This document shows, piece after piece, positions 21,192 through 31,565 of a stretch of DNA of 64,000 nucleotides; within the stretch, counting starts at the first letter, position 1; each line of letters opens with the position of its first letter. The notes under the pieces are model-generated. The model was not told the origin of the DNA. It worked only from the letters and a program-made list of their open reading frames with translations, and made no database searches. The DNA comes from a virus. Position numbers and translations under genes: made by a program. The stretch spans positions 20,833 through 84,832 of the IMG/VR virus record IMGVR_UViG_3300020391_000005. The stretch is one strand, 5' to 3'.

Positions 21192-24100
21192 ATGAAGTTT
21201 GCTCATATTGCGGATACCCATATCCGAAATTTAAAATACCATTTTGAATACAGAGAAGTATTTAAACAATTATATCAATCATTAAAAAAAGAAAAAGTAG
21301 ACTACATTATCCACTGCGGTGATATCGCCCACACAAAGACGCAGATATCACCAGAGTTTGTTGATATGTGTAGAGACTTTTTTGAGAACCTTGCAGATAT
21401 AGCTCCGACTTACATCATCTTAGGTAATCATGATGGTAATCTACGCAATGGTTCAAGACAAGATGCTTTGTCCCCCATTGCAAAAGCTATTAATAATCCA
21501 AATCTTATATTGTTAAAGAACGCTGGAGAGGTAAAGATTAATGATAAGTTTTGCTTAAATGTTTTATCAGTATTTGACGAAGATAATTGGGTAGAGCCAT
21601 CTGATTATAATGTAATTAATATTGCTTTATATCATGGAGCTATTGACAAATCAAAGACAGATAGTAACTGGACTCTAGGAGGAGATCACAGTATTGAAAT
21701 CTTCGAAGAGTTTGACTTTGGTTTTTTAGGAGACATCCATAAAACTCAGCAGTTAGATAAAGAAGCGCGCATTTGGTATGCAGGGTCAACAGTGCAGCAA
21801 AACTTTGGAGAAACTTTAGACAAAGGTTATTTACTTTGGGATATTGAAAGTAAAGACGAGTTTAGTACAAAGCTCATCACTTTTGACAATCCAAAGCCCT
21901 TTGTGACACTTACTTTGAGTGAGAAGGGTAACCTTCCTAGAGCGAAGCCACCAGAAGGAGCTAGGCTTCGTATTGTATCTGAAAGTAACGTATCTTTAGA
22001 TAAGGTGCGCAAAGCTGTGGATGTTGCAAAGTTTAGATATAATCCAGAGTCAGTGACTTATTTAAACAGAGCAGCCGGTAAACAAATCAAAGTTGCCGCG
22101 CCCGAAGGTATAAAAAAGCAAGACTTACGAGACTTAAAGACACAAGAAACTTTGATGGCTGAATATTTGAAAGAATATGAAGCAACTGAAGAGGTGCTTG
22201 AAAGGGTTTATCAATTAAACAAAGACTTTAATAAGCAAATAGAAGAGAACGAAGATGTCATGAGAAATGTTAACTGGTCTTTACAAAGTTTAGAGTGGGA
22301 TAGTTTATTCAACTATGCAGAGGGCAACTTCATAGATTTTACAAAACTAGAAGGGATTGTAGGTATTTTTGGAAAAAACTACTCAGGTAAGTCTTCTATT
22401 GTAGATACTTTATTATATTCTATGTACAATTCTACTTCCAAATCTATTCGCAAAAATTTGAATATTATTAATCAAAATAAAGATGAGTGTGTTGCAACAG
22501 CAACAATTAAAATTGATGGAACAAATTATATTATTGAGCGTAAATCCAATAAATATACAAAGAGATTGAAGGGTGTTGAAACTCAAGAAGCAACAACCGA
22601 TCTAGAATTTTATTCGCAGGATCCTATCGGTAATCATGTAAGTTTAAATGGCACTTCAAGACAAGATACGGATAAAAATGTAAGAAAATATTTCGGAACA
22701 CTTCAGGATTTTTTAGCAACCTCTATGGCATCTCAATTAGATTCTTTATCATTTATCAATGAAGGTTCTACTAAGAGAAAAGAATTTCTTGCAAAATTTT
22801 TAGATTTAGAGATCTTTGATAAAAAATTTAAAATGGCTAAAGAAGCATCTGCGGATATTAAAGCATCTTTAAAACGCCTGGAGGGTATTGATTTTGATAC
22901 AAACATTAAATCAATAAAATCAGAAATAACAAGAGGAGAACTTGCTATTGAAAAAAATAAGGCTTTTTGTGCAATTTTAAAAAAAGAACTGGCTGATCTA
23001 ATATACCAAATTAAAAATCTACAAGATAAAATAGATTCTGTACCGGCAGAAATTATTGATCCCGTTATAACGGCTAAGAATATTGCTAAAAAAGAAAAAG
23101 CTATTTTAGAAATAAACTCAAAAAAAATAGAAGCACAAAAAAGTCTTAGTGAAGATAAGGTCAAGTATGAAAAAATAGAAATTTTTCTAAAAGATTTTGA
23201 AATTGAAAAATATACAGAGAAAAAAGAATCGTTTACTAAAGCTAAAGAGGAACTAGATAATCTAATTTTACTTTTAAAAAACTTGTCTGAACAAAAAGCT
23301 TTACTTGTTACTGAGCAGAATAAAGTATGTGACAGTTGTGTTCCATTAGTTGGTGAAACTGTTGAACAGAAGTCTCATCAAATATCTTTAGTCTCTAAGC
23401 AGATTAATGAGATCGGAAAAGTATTCTCATATGAAGAACAAATTAAAATTAATGATTATATAAAAAAATATAAATCGTTAATTGAAAAAAGAGATAATCT
23501 TGCAAATTCAATAGCCACTAACAATCTTATTGTTGAGCGCGCCGATAGTCTATTATTTAAGGAGCAAATTCATTTAGACGATCTAAGAGGCAAGGCTACA
23601 GAATACGAAGACAACAAAGAAGCGATCGAAAATTTAAAGCAACTTATGTCAAATAAAGACAAGTTGAACAATCAAGTAAAAGATAAAGAACTTGACCTAA
23701 ATTCTTGTAATCAAAAGATTATGCATCTTCATAAAAAGCATGGATCTTCAGAGCAGAAGCTTCTTCATATGCAACAACAATATAAAGAATTCCAAGAATT
23801 AGAACAAGATTTTGCTGCATACCATCTTTTTATGGTCTGTTGTCATCCCAACGGCGTTTCATATGAAATTATTAAGGAAAGATTGCCTTTCATTAATCAG
23901 GAAATTTCTAAGATACTGACCAATATTGTAGAGTTTGAAGTGTTTATTTCTAACAACGAAGATAAATTAGATATCTTTATCAAGCATCCCAGCCATGACC
24001 CTAGACCACTGGAGATGGGATCCGGAGCAGAAAAGACTATAGCTAGTATGGCAATTAGGCTGGCGTTTTTAACAGTGTCCAGTTTACCAAAGTCTGACCT

Positions 24101-24290
24101 ATTTATACTTGACGAGCCAGGAACTGCTCTTGATGAAGAAAATATGGAAGGTTTTGTGCGTATCTTAGACATGGTTAAAGGTTACTTCAAAACTGTTCTC
24201 CTTATCTCGCACTTAGATAGTCTAAAAGACTGTGTAGATATGCAAATAAACATCGAGAAAATAAATGGCTATGCGCATGTAAATATATAG
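21192..24290 (+). CDS. Fused Mre11/SbcD nuclease - Rad50/SbcC ATPase (T4 gp47-gp46-like)
   Basis: Phosphoesterase motifs ADTH, GD, GNHD, HG, GDIH, YAGS; Walker A GKNYSGKSS; coiled coil with CDSC hook; signature SGAE; Walker B FILDEPGTALD; ISH. Confidence 0.92.
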   Translation: MKFAHIADTHIRNLKYHFEYREVFKQLYQSLKKEKVDYIIHCGDIAHTKTQISPEFVDMCRDFFENLADIAPTYIILGNHDGNLRNGSRQDALSPIAKAINNPNLILLKNAGEVKINDKFCLNVLSVFDEDNWVEPSDYNVINIALYHGAIDKSKTDSNWTLGGDHSIEIFEEFDFGFLGDIHKTQQLDKEARIWYAGSTVQQNFGETLDKGYLLWDIESKDEFSTKLITFDNPKPFVTLTLSEKGNLPRAKPPEGARLRIVSESNVSLDKVRKAVDVAKFRYNPESVTYLNRAAGKQIKVAAPEGIKKQDLRDLKTQETLMAEYLKEYEATEEVLERVYQLNKDFNKQIEENEDVMRNVNWSLQSLEWDSLFNYAEGNFIDFTKLEGIVGIFGKNYSGKSSIVDTLLYSMYNSTSKSIRKNLNIINQNKDECVATATIKIDGTNYIIERKSNKYTKRLKGVETQEATTDLEFYSQDPIGNHVSLNGTSRQDTDKNVRKYFGTLQDFLATSMASQLDSLSFINEGSTKRKEFLAKFLDLEIFDKKFKMAKEASADIKASLKRLEGIDFDTNIKSIKSEITRGELAIEKNKAFCAILKKELADLIYQIKNLQDKIDSVPAEIIDPVITAKNIAKKEKAILEINSKKIEAQKSLSEDKVKYEKIEIFLKDFEIEKYTEKKESFTKAKEELDNLILLLKNLSEQKALLVTEQNKVCDSCVPLVGETVEQKSHQISLVSKQINEIGKVFSYEEQIKINDYIKKYKSLIEKRDNLANSIATNNLIVERADSLLFKEQIHLDDLRGKATEYEDNKEAIENLKQLMSNKDKLNNQVKDKELDLNSCNQKIMHLHKKHGSSEQKLLHMQQQYKEFQELEQDFAAYHLFMVCCHPNGVSYEIIKERLPFINQEISKILTNIVEFEVFISNNEDKLDIFIKHPSHDPRPLEMGSGAEKTIASMAIRLAFLTVSSLPKSDLFILDEPGTALDEENMEGFVRILDMVKGYFKTVLLISHLDSLKDCVDMQINIEKINGYAHVNI

Positions 24291-24298
24291 GAGGATTT

Positions 24299-24499
24299 AT
24301 GGTGGCACGTTTAAAAGCAATTGCAGATAAATATACAGAAAGATTTATATCAAGAAAATTTTTAGCATGGATCACAGCTACAACTTTATGCGGAATTGGA
24401 ATGGTTACAAGCGGTGATTGGGTTGCTGTGACTTTAGCATACATTGGATCTCAAGCTTTGGTAGATCTTGCTGTACAATGGAAGCATGGTCCAAAATGA
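24299..24499 (+). CDS. Small two-TM membrane protein, holin-like
   Basis: 66 aa; SRKF followed by two hydrophobic segments; AGGAGG RBS. Confidence 0.5.
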   Translation: MVARLKAIADKYTERFISRKFLAWITATTLCGIGMVTSGDWVAVTLAYIGSQALVDLAVQWKHGPK

Positions 24500-24885
24500 T
24501 TTTTAAAATTAAAATAGCTTGGGAGTGCATTAAGAAAAACTGGAAAATAGCAATTCTCTCCATATGGTCAGTTTTAGTATGGTTTCTTTCACGAAGGTCG
24601 TCGTCAGCTGCTATTGAAGCTATGAAAGCAAATAAAAAATCTTATGAAGATCAAATAAAATCTTTAAAAGAGCAACATAAAATTGAAGTTAAAAAAAGAG
24701 AAGAACTTCGCTTAAAATATGAAGAAACTCTTGTTAAGATAGAAGAGAAGTATAAAAAGAAAAAACAAGAACTTTCAAGAATTGAAAAAAATAAAGTCAA
24801 AGAGATTGTAGAAAAAGCAAAGGATAACCCTGATGAGATTGATAAAAAGATACAAGAGTTGTTTGGTTTTACTTCTGACGCTTAG
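24496..24885 (+). CDS. N-terminally anchored coiled-coil membrane protein (i-spanin-like)
   Basis: Likely start ATG 24496 (ATGA overlap with upstream stop); WKIAILSIWSVLVWFL TM then K/E-rich coiled coil. Confidence 0.45.
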   Translation: MIFKIKIAWECIKKNWKIAILSIWSVLVWFLSRRSSSAAIEAMKANKKSYEDQIKSLKEQHKIEVKKREELRLKYEETLVKIEEKYKKKKQELSRIEKNKVKEIVEKAKDNPDEIDKKIQELFGFTSDA

Positions 24886-25267
24886 TCTAGCATCAACAAC
24901 TTTTGCATCTCCTGGAAAATATGTTCGCCTAAAAGAGGGTGAAAAAATACCATGGCAAGGCTGGTGCTTTGATGGTCAAGCCGTAGCTGAACTAGTAGCG
25001 AGTAAAGAACTTGCAGAACAAAAGTGTGAACTGCACACAATGCAGGAGTTAGACCAACAAAAAGCACGATTTGACTTACAGATTGGCGAGCTTCTTGCAT
25101 CAATGGAATATGAAGTTCAAACAAGAGATGTTACAATTCAAGCTTTACAAGAAGAGAATTTAAAAATTGAACAAGCTTTAATACACGATACTAAGTATGG
25201 ATGGATCGCCCCCACCGCGCTTGGATTTATCGCCGGCGCCTTAACTATATTTTTGGTAACATTGTGA
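24833..25267 (+). CDS. Exported coiled-coil protein with C-terminal TM anchor (possible spanin partner)
   Basis: Signal-like LVLLLTLSLASTTFA-SP; coiled coil; C-terminal IAPTALGFIAGALTIFLVTL; overlaps the previous gene. Confidence 0.45.
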   Translation: MRLIKRYKSCLVLLLTLSLASTTFASPGKYVRLKEGEKIPWQGWCFDGQAVAELVASKELAEQKCELHTMQELDQQKARFDLQIGELLASMEYEVQTRDVTIQALQEENLKIEQALIHDTKYGWIAPTALGFIAGALTIFLVTL

Positions 25268-25635
25268 AGAAAAAAGATTTAAATGAAATAGCAAAGATTG
25301 AAAAGGCAATAAGAGAAAAGTATGGAGAGGAGACGATACAAAATCCAAAAAAAGATTGGGATCCTGAAAAAGAAAAAAAATACTTAGAAAACCTTAGATC
25401 ATTTTACTCGGAAACATCTAGAAAAAAAGAAACAACTCAAGTTAACGGATTTTTAGTAAGGAAAAGTAAAACTAAAACTGATATTAAAAGAACGTGCCCT
25501 GTATGCGGAGCTTACTCTTTTTCCTCTCAAGATGATTTATATATGACTAAGTTTAGCTGTTGCTTCAAATGTTACATACAGTATGTTGAGGATCGAGAGG
25601 ATAGATGGAAATCGGGCTGGAGACCAAACAGCTGA
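25264..25635 (+). CDS. Hypothetical zinc-finger protein
   Basis: Probable GTG start overlapping upstream TGA; CPVC...CCFKC. Confidence 0.6.
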   Translation: MKKKDLNEIAKIEKAIREKYGEETIQNPKKDWDPEKEKKYLENLRSFYSETSRKKETTQVNGFLVRKSKTKTDIKRTCPVCGAYSFSSQDDLYMTKFSCCFKCYIQYVEDREDRWKSGWRPNS

Positions 25636-25675
25636 CTATTTATATTAGTACACTATTTTAAGAGGAAACAAAAAC

Positions 25676-26161
25676 ATGGCAACTACTTTAGAAATTATTA
25701 ATGGCATATCACAAGTATTGGCAAATAGTTATGACGGCGCTCACGACGAATCAGGAGAGCTTGTGACTATAGGTCTCAGAAGAGAAGAGGGAAACCCCTT
25801 GGTGGACCATCGTATTATGGATGGTTTTTCAGCTTGTGTTAAAGGCGGCCGCTTACACATCAAATATCATGCTGAAATACCACTTAAAGAGACACATACA
25901 AATGATTTTGAGGGTGAAATGGAGCAGATGGTAGAAAAAGTAAAATCATTTATTCAAAAAGAATATAAAAAAGTTACAAAACAAGCGCTTTCACTGTCAG
26001 ACCCAAGTGAAGTAGATGTGTTGGTAGAGTATCTGTCGCGTGTTAGAACAAGCGTTAAAGTACGCAAGTGTTACAAAATTGGTTCGATGCCTGTCGAGCC
26101 TGAAGTTGAAACAGACCCTCAATACGAAAAATTTGTAACGCTTAGCGGTTTAAAATCTTAA
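25676..26161 (+). CDS. Hypothetical protein upstream of terminase
   Basis: 161 aa, GAGGA RBS, late-type motif at 25635. Confidence 0.6.
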   Translation: MATTLEIINGISQVLANSYDGAHDESGELVTIGLRREEGNPLVDHRIMDGFSACVKGGRLHIKYHAEIPLKETHTNDFEGEMEQMVEKVKSFIQKEYKKVTKQALSLSDPSEVDVLVEYLSRVRTSVKVRKCYKIGSMPVEPEVETDPQYEKFVTLSGLKS

Positions 26162-26170
26162 GAGAAGCCA

Positions 26171-27757
26171 GTGCCAATAAAACTTACAAAGCAAGAAATA
26201 ATGAGAGAAATAGTTAAGTGTGGCAAGAACCCTGACTATTTTATTTATACGTATGCTAAAATTACACACCCCATAAAAGGCTTGATACCTTTTCACCTAT
26301 ATCCATTTCAAAAACAATTGATAGAAGATTTCGAAGACAATCGATTCAATGTAATATTAAAAGCTAGGCAACTTGGCATATCTACTGTAACAGCTGCATA
26401 TGTAGCTTGGATGATGTTATTTCGTAGAGAAAAAAATGTGCTAGTTATTGCAACTAAATTTAACACTGCTGCAAATCTGGTAAAAAAAGTAAAAGCCATT
26501 ATAAAAAATCTACCAGACTGGTTAAAAATCTCTACAGTTGAGATCGATAATAGAACATCATTCGTTTTAGACAATGGGTCACAGATAAAGGCATCTTCAA
26601 CTTCTGGGGATGCAGGACGTTCCGAAGCTCTATCTCTTCTTGTTATTGATGAGGCAGCGCATGTTGAGGGATTGGAGGACTTATGGATGGGCCTGTATCC
26701 TACATTGTCAACTGGTGGTCGCTGTATTGCTTTGTCTACTCCAAACGGTGTTGGAAACTGGTTTCACAAGACATATTCCGAAGCAGAGAATAAAATAAAT
26801 GATTTTTTCCCTACAAAATTACCATGGGATGTACACCCTGATAGAAATTACGACTGGTTTGAAAAAGAAACTAAAAACATGTCCAAGAGAGAGATAGCTC
26901 AAGAGCTTAAGTGTAATTTTAATATGTCTGGAGAAACAGTATTTGCTTCGGAAAATATTCAATCATATTTAAATATGGTTTGTGAACCAAAACATAGAAC
27001 AGGCTTTGATAGAAATCTTTGGATCTGGGAGGAACGAAAGCAAGAAAATACGTATTTAGTTTCTGCAGATGTCGCACGAGGAGATGGAAAAGATTATTCA
27101 GTCTGTCATGTTTTAAAATTAGAAACTATGGAGATAGTTGCAGAATATCAAGGAAAAGTTACACCCGATATATTTTCTAGAGTATTAAACGATGTTGGTA
27201 GAGAGTATGGAGACGCTCTCTTGGTTGTAGAAAATAATTCTGTTGGGTTTGCGGTTTTAGAAAAATTAAAAGAATTACAATATCCAAACTTATATCACTC
27301 GATAAAGTCAACTCATGAATTTGTAGAGGAATATCAAGCAGATCAAATGTCAAATGCAGTATCTGGGTTTTCGACAACTTCTAAAACTCGTCCTCTAATC
27401 GTAGCGAAGATGGAAGAATTCATTAGAAACAATCTAATTAAAATATATTCTTCAAGGCTTCTTATGGAGATGGAGACTTTTGTATGGAATAACGGCCGCG
27501 CTGAGGCGATGAGATCATACAATGATGATTTAATAATGTCTTGCGCCGTCGCCTGTTGGGTTAGGGATACTGCTTTGTCAAAAAACCATAAAGATCTAGA
27601 ATACAATAAAGCCTTTATTGGAGCGATAACAATGAGTTCAAACCAACTAGATACTAGAATAAAAGGTATGACTGGAACTAGAAAACTAAAAATGTCTGAA
27701 GAAATCAATAAACATGCAAAAGCAACAACTGACTTCCCTTGGTTGTTTAAAGGATAA
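26171..27757 (+). CDS. terL: Terminase large subunit (T4 gp17-like)
   Basis: LKARQLGIST (Walker A), LLVIDEAAH (Walker B), STPNG, nuclease ADVARGDGKDYS and NDDLIM. Confidence 0.95.
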   Translation: MPIKLTKQEIMREIVKCGKNPDYFIYTYAKITHPIKGLIPFHLYPFQKQLIEDFEDNRFNVILKARQLGISTVTAAYVAWMMLFRREKNVLVIATKFNTAANLVKKVKAIIKNLPDWLKISTVEIDNRTSFVLDNGSQIKASSTSGDAGRSEALSLLVIDEAAHVEGLEDLWMGLYPTLSTGGRCIALSTPNGVGNWFHKTYSEAENKINDFFPTKLPWDVHPDRNYDWFEKETKNMSKREIAQELKCNFNMSGETVFASENIQSYLNMVCEPKHRTGFDRNLWIWEERKQENTYLVSADVARGDGKDYSVCHVLKLETMEIVAEYQGKVTPDIFSRVLNDVGREYGDALLVVENNSVGFAVLEKLKELQYPNLYHSIKSTHEFVEEYQADQMSNAVSGFSTTSKTRPLIVAKMEEFIRNNLIKIYSSRLLMEMETFVWNNGRAEAMRSYNDDLIMSCAVACWVRDTALSKNHKDLEYNKAFIGAITMSSNQLDTRIKGMTGTRKLKMSEEINKHAKATTDFPWLFKG

Positions 27758-27762
27758 TAAAA

Positions 27763-29814
27763 ATGGCAACTGGAAAGAAAAATAAAAACAATACAAGAAA
27801 TCCTCAAAGTCTACTGTTTAGAAGACTAACAAGGCTTTTATCGGGCCCCATCACTCAATATAGAACACAAAATAATCACAGGTTACGAAGAATAGACCTA
27901 GACAGGTACGCTAATAATTTCACTTCAGCGTCTGGAAAAGATTTTAAAAAAACTGCGTATAATCCATATGACAATCTTACTGCAGCCTATATGCAAGGCC
28001 AAGTTAGAGTTGAAAGATATGTAGATTTTGATCAGATGGAATACACCCCTGAGATTGCATCGGCATTAGATATATACGCGGATGAAATGACAACTCATTC
28101 GTCTTTGACACCGATGTTAAAAGTAGATTGTGATAATCAGGAAATAAAAGCTATTTTAGAATCATTGTATGAAAGTGTTTTAAATGTTCAACATAATTTA
28201 TTTTCGTGGTGTAGAACAATGTGTAAATACGGAGATTTTTTTCTTTATTTAGATATTGATGATAGTTTGGGAATTACATCTGCGATTGGTCTCCCAGCAA
28301 CAGAAATAGAAAGGCTAGAAGGAGAAGACAAAAAAAACCCTAATTACGTACAGTTTCAGTGGAACTCAGCAGGTCTTACGTTTGAGAACTGGCAAGTAGG
28401 TCACTTTAGGATTTTGGGTCAAGATAAATTCAATCCTTATGGTACATCTGTTCTAGATCCAGCAAGAAGAATATGGCGTCAGTTAACCCTACTTGAAGAC
28501 GCGATGATGGCATATAGAATTGTAAGATCACCAGAAAGAAGAGCATTCTACATTGATGTTGGAAATATTCCTCCGCAAGATGTGGAGCAATATATGCAAA
28601 AGGTGATGACAACTATGAAGAGAAATCAAGTAGTTGATGCTCAAACTGGCAGAGTTGACTTGAGATATAACCCGCTATCAATTGAAGAAGATTATTTCAT
28701 ACCGGTGCGTGGCCAAAGCGCAACTAAAATTGAACCAGTAGCTGGGGGTAAATATACCGGAGACATTGATGATGTTAAATATCTTAGAGATAAATTGTTC
28801 TCTGCCTTAAAGGTTCCAGCAGCATATATTTCTTCTGATTCTGACAAAGCATCGGAAGATAAAACTACCTTAGCTCAAAAAGATATTCGCTTTGCAAGAA
28901 CTATTCAAAGGCTTCAAAGATCTGTTATTACTGAACTAGAAAAAATTGGAATTATTCACCTTTACACACTGGGATATAGAGATGAAGATTTAGTTTCATT
29001 CACTTGTCACCTGAACAATCCCTCCAAGATTGCGGAAATGCAGGAACTCGAACACTGGAAAACTAGATTTGAAATTGTCGGTGGTGCTACTGAAGGATTC
29101 TTTTCAAAGCAGTGGCTTGCGAAAAAACTATTTGGATTGTCAGATGAAGAATTTGTTCAGTGTAGAAGACAATTGTTTTACGACAAGAAATTTGATGCTA
29201 TGTTAGAGACTGCCGGCGAAGCAGCACAAGCTGAAATGACTGCTGGGTTAGATGCTGGCCCAGATACACTTGATACAGGCACCACTCCAGGCGGCGATCT
29301 TGGAGAGCCAGGTGGCACCGGTGCAGTAGGCGCAGAACCTGATTTGGCCGCGGCAGGAGCTGACGCTGGCGCTCCCGGAGAGCCCGGAACAGGCACTCCG
29401 CCCGCTACACCTGATACAGGAGCCGGAGGCACACCCGCTGATGGTGGTCTCTTAACAGCACCACCGGGAAACAAAAGAGATGAAATATCAAAAATAACTT
29501 ATAAAGATGGAAGCACTTCAACGCCTAAATCACATGGCAAGTATAAGCCAGTAGGTAACAAAGACGGGCGCAAATCTCGAGGCCCTAGGCTAAAAAATAT
29601 GAAAAGAGCAGCATCTCCAGAATTTGGTACAATGAGGAGTTTGTTTGCTGGTTCTGGTGAACTATCACAATTAGTAAGAGGTACAAGTACTTATGCTACT
29701 GAAAATACTATTTATAAAGTAGAGGAAAAAAAGATCTTAAAAAATCAAAAAGAATTAGATTCTTTATTTGAAAGCTTGAAAGCAAGGAATAAAAAAGATG
29801 AGACTAAAACATAA
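27763..29814 (+). CDS. Portal protein (T4 gp20-like) with long G/A/P-rich C-terminal extension
   Basis: PEIASALDIYADE, LLEDAMMAYRIVRSPERRAFYIDVGNIP, EEDYFIPVRG, DDVKYLRDKLFSALKVP. Confidence 0.93.
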   Translation: MATGKKNKNNTRNPQSLLFRRLTRLLSGPITQYRTQNNHRLRRIDLDRYANNFTSASGKDFKKTAYNPYDNLTAAYMQGQVRVERYVDFDQMEYTPEIASALDIYADEMTTHSSLTPMLKVDCDNQEIKAILESLYESVLNVQHNLFSWCRTMCKYGDFFLYLDIDDSLGITSAIGLPATEIERLEGEDKKNPNYVQFQWNSAGLTFENWQVGHFRILGQDKFNPYGTSVLDPARRIWRQLTLLEDAMMAYRIVRSPERRAFYIDVGNIPPQDVEQYMQKVMTTMKRNQVVDAQTGRVDLRYNPLSIEEDYFIPVRGQSATKIEPVAGGKYTGDIDDVKYLRDKLFSALKVPAAYISSDSDKASEDKTTLAQKDIRFARTIQRLQRSVITELEKIGIIHLYTLGYRDEDLVSFTCHLNNPSKIAEMQELEHWKTRFEIVGGATEGFFSKQWLAKKLFGLSDEEFVQCRRQLFYDKKFDAMLETAGEAAQAEMTAGLDAGPDTLDTGTTPGGDLGEPGGTGAVGAEPDLAAAGADAGAPGEPGTGTPPATPDTGAGGTPADGGLLTAPPGNKRDEISKITYKDGSTSTPKSHGKYKPVGNKDGRKSRGPRLKNMKRAASPEFGTMRSLFAGSGELSQLVRGTSTYATENTIYKVEEKKILKNQKELDSLFESLKARNKKDETKT

Positions 29815-30619
29815 TAAGAAAAGAAACACTGCATTTGTTTATGAGGCATTAGTTAGGGAACTAACTGAGTCAGTTGTCAAGAATAATAAAAACAAGCAAA
29901 ACAAAATAGTTTCAATCTTAAAAGATCACTTTAAAAAAGGATCTATGTTGAATGAGGAATTAAATCTTTACAAATCAATATATGAAACAAGAGAAATAGA
30001 AAAAAATATAGCAGAAAAAATAGTTGTAGAAGTAAAACAAAAGCACGATAGCATTAGCAAAAAACATTTATTTCAAGAGCAATCTGCTCTTATAAATAAG
30101 ATAAATAGAATACTTTCTAATAAGGTCTATAATAATTTTGTTCCAAATTACAAAACAATAGCATCTGTTTATTCTATTTTTCAAGATGCCCTTCCTGTTA
30201 AGGATAGAGTCTTATTAGAAGAAAATATAGTAGAACAAATGTCTTCATCTGTTGAGCAGAAGCAAGAAATTCAACAGCCAATAGATTCTATTGTCTACGG
30301 TACATTTGTAAATAAATTTAATGAAGAATATTCAGAAATTCTTAGTGAAAATCAAAAGCAACTTTTATGTCATTATATATCGTCTTTTGCAGATGAAGGT
30401 CTAGAGATGAAGCTTTATCTAAACGAAGAAATAGGAAGATTAAAAAATAAACTTACTGAATCTATAAAAGGACAGTCATTGGGAGATGTTATGAAAGAAA
30501 AAGTAACAAAAGTATATAGTATTCTCGATAATACTAAAACTTCTGAAATCTCTACTGATACGATAGAAATCGTGTTAAAAACACAAGATTTAGTGGAAGA
30601 ACTAGATAATGACGATTAA
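29798..30619 (+). CDS. Hypothetical head-module protein
   Basis: 273 aa, basic KHNKKRNT N-terminus, helical; late-type motif at 29707. Confidence 0.6.
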   Translation: MRLKHNKKRNTAFVYEALVRELTESVVKNNKNKQNKIVSILKDHFKKGSMLNEELNLYKSIYETREIEKNIAEKIVVEVKQKHDSISKKHLFQEQSALINKINRILSNKVYNNFVPNYKTIASVYSIFQDALPVKDRVLLEENIVEQMSSSVEQKQEIQQPIDSIVYGTFVNKFNEEYSEILSENQKQLLCHYISSFADEGLEMKLYLNEEIGRLKNKLTESIKGQSLGDVMKEKVTKVYSILDNTKTSEISTDTIEIVLKTQDLVEELDNDD

Positions 30620-31151
30620 GGCAAGTATAAAATTAGATCCTAGAATTAAACTAAAGGCTAGAAGAAGTTTAAGTGGTGACATAATGATATTAGATCATGA
30701 AGATATAGATATAGTCTTGATGAACGAAAAGAAGAAATGTGTCGCCTTTCAAAAAGAATCTTCAATCGAAAAAACATATGATGCTCAAAATCGCATGTTT
30801 GAGTTTTTGGCAAAAAAAGGGCTGATAAATAGGGAAACTGTTCAGGGTGGTAACGTATTTGGCTCAATAGAAGCAAATTTTCAAGAGTCAAAAATTCCCG
30901 GCGTTGATACTATTCAAGCTTTACTGTTTGGCATAAACGAATATATAACAGGTGAAAAGCCATTCTTTAAACAATCAATACAATATGATGATGAAAGATT
31001 GGATGCCATGCTTCGCCCGTCACCAGAAGACTCCACTGAACTGGGTGATGTACCACAATCTGATAGAAAAGGTAGCATGCATAAACAAGTTGGTCCATAT
31101 GGGTTTGAATACAACTACTCTCTCTTGCGAGAGGATGAAAGTGAGGATTAA
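30609..31151 (+). CDS. Hypothetical head-module protein
   Basis: 180 aa ORF overlapping both neighbours. Confidence 0.6.
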   Translation: MTIKASIKLDPRIKLKARRSLSGDIMILDHEDIDIVLMNEKKKCVAFQKESSIEKTYDAQNRMFEFLAKKGLINRETVQGGNVFGSIEANFQESKIPGVDTIQALLFGINEYITGEKPFFKQSIQYDDERLDAMLRPSPEDSTELGDVPQSDRKGSMHKQVGPYGFEYNYSLLREDESED

Positions 31152-31474
31152 TGACATTTATCTGGTTTTGTCTTATTTCATATGGCCTAACACAAATAAT
31201 CGTATACGGAAAAATATTCGACCCAATTCGTCCAACAAAAGGAAAGTTAGGGCAATTGCTTGAGTGTCCAATGTGTACTGGCTTTTGGGTGGGTGTATTT
31301 TTATGGTTCGTAAACGATTACACACAACTATTTACTTTTGATAAATCTATGATCACAGGTATGCTACTTGGTTTTGCAGGTTCTGCCGCAGCCTATATTG
31401 GTAATATGATATTTGGCGACTATGGATTTAGAATAGAACAGAAAATTGTAAGTGATAGGAGTAAAAATGAATAA
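31151..31474 (+). CDS. Membrane protein with CxxC (DUF1360-like)
   Basis: Three hydrophobic segments and LGQLLECPMCTGFWVG. Confidence 0.6.
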   Translation: MTFIWFCLISYGLTQIIVYGKIFDPIRPTKGKLGQLLECPMCTGFWVGVFLWFVNDYTQLFTFDKSMITGMLLGFAGSAAAYIGNMIFGDYGFRIEQKIVSDRSKNE

Positions 31475-31532
31475 GTTAGTGAGCAAAAAAAGAATATTGA
31501 GACCTGTTCGTCGCTGCAAAGCTGGCTGCTGA
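31467..31532 (+). CDS. 21-aa basic leader peptide MNKLVSKKRILRPVRRCKAGC, in frame with the protease across one TGA
   Basis: Hand-translated; AGGAG RBS 6 nt upstream; TGA at 31530-31532 followed by a GC hairpin. Confidence 0.55.
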   Translation: MNKLVSKKRILRPVRRCKAGC

Positions 31533-31565
31533 CTGATGCGGGTGATCCCCGCAATGAGGAAAGTT

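Noticed and set aside
24418-24495. N-terminal extension MGCCDFS... of the spanin-like ORF
   Set aside because: Lies within the holin-like gene; ATG 24496 with an ATGA overlap is more plausible.
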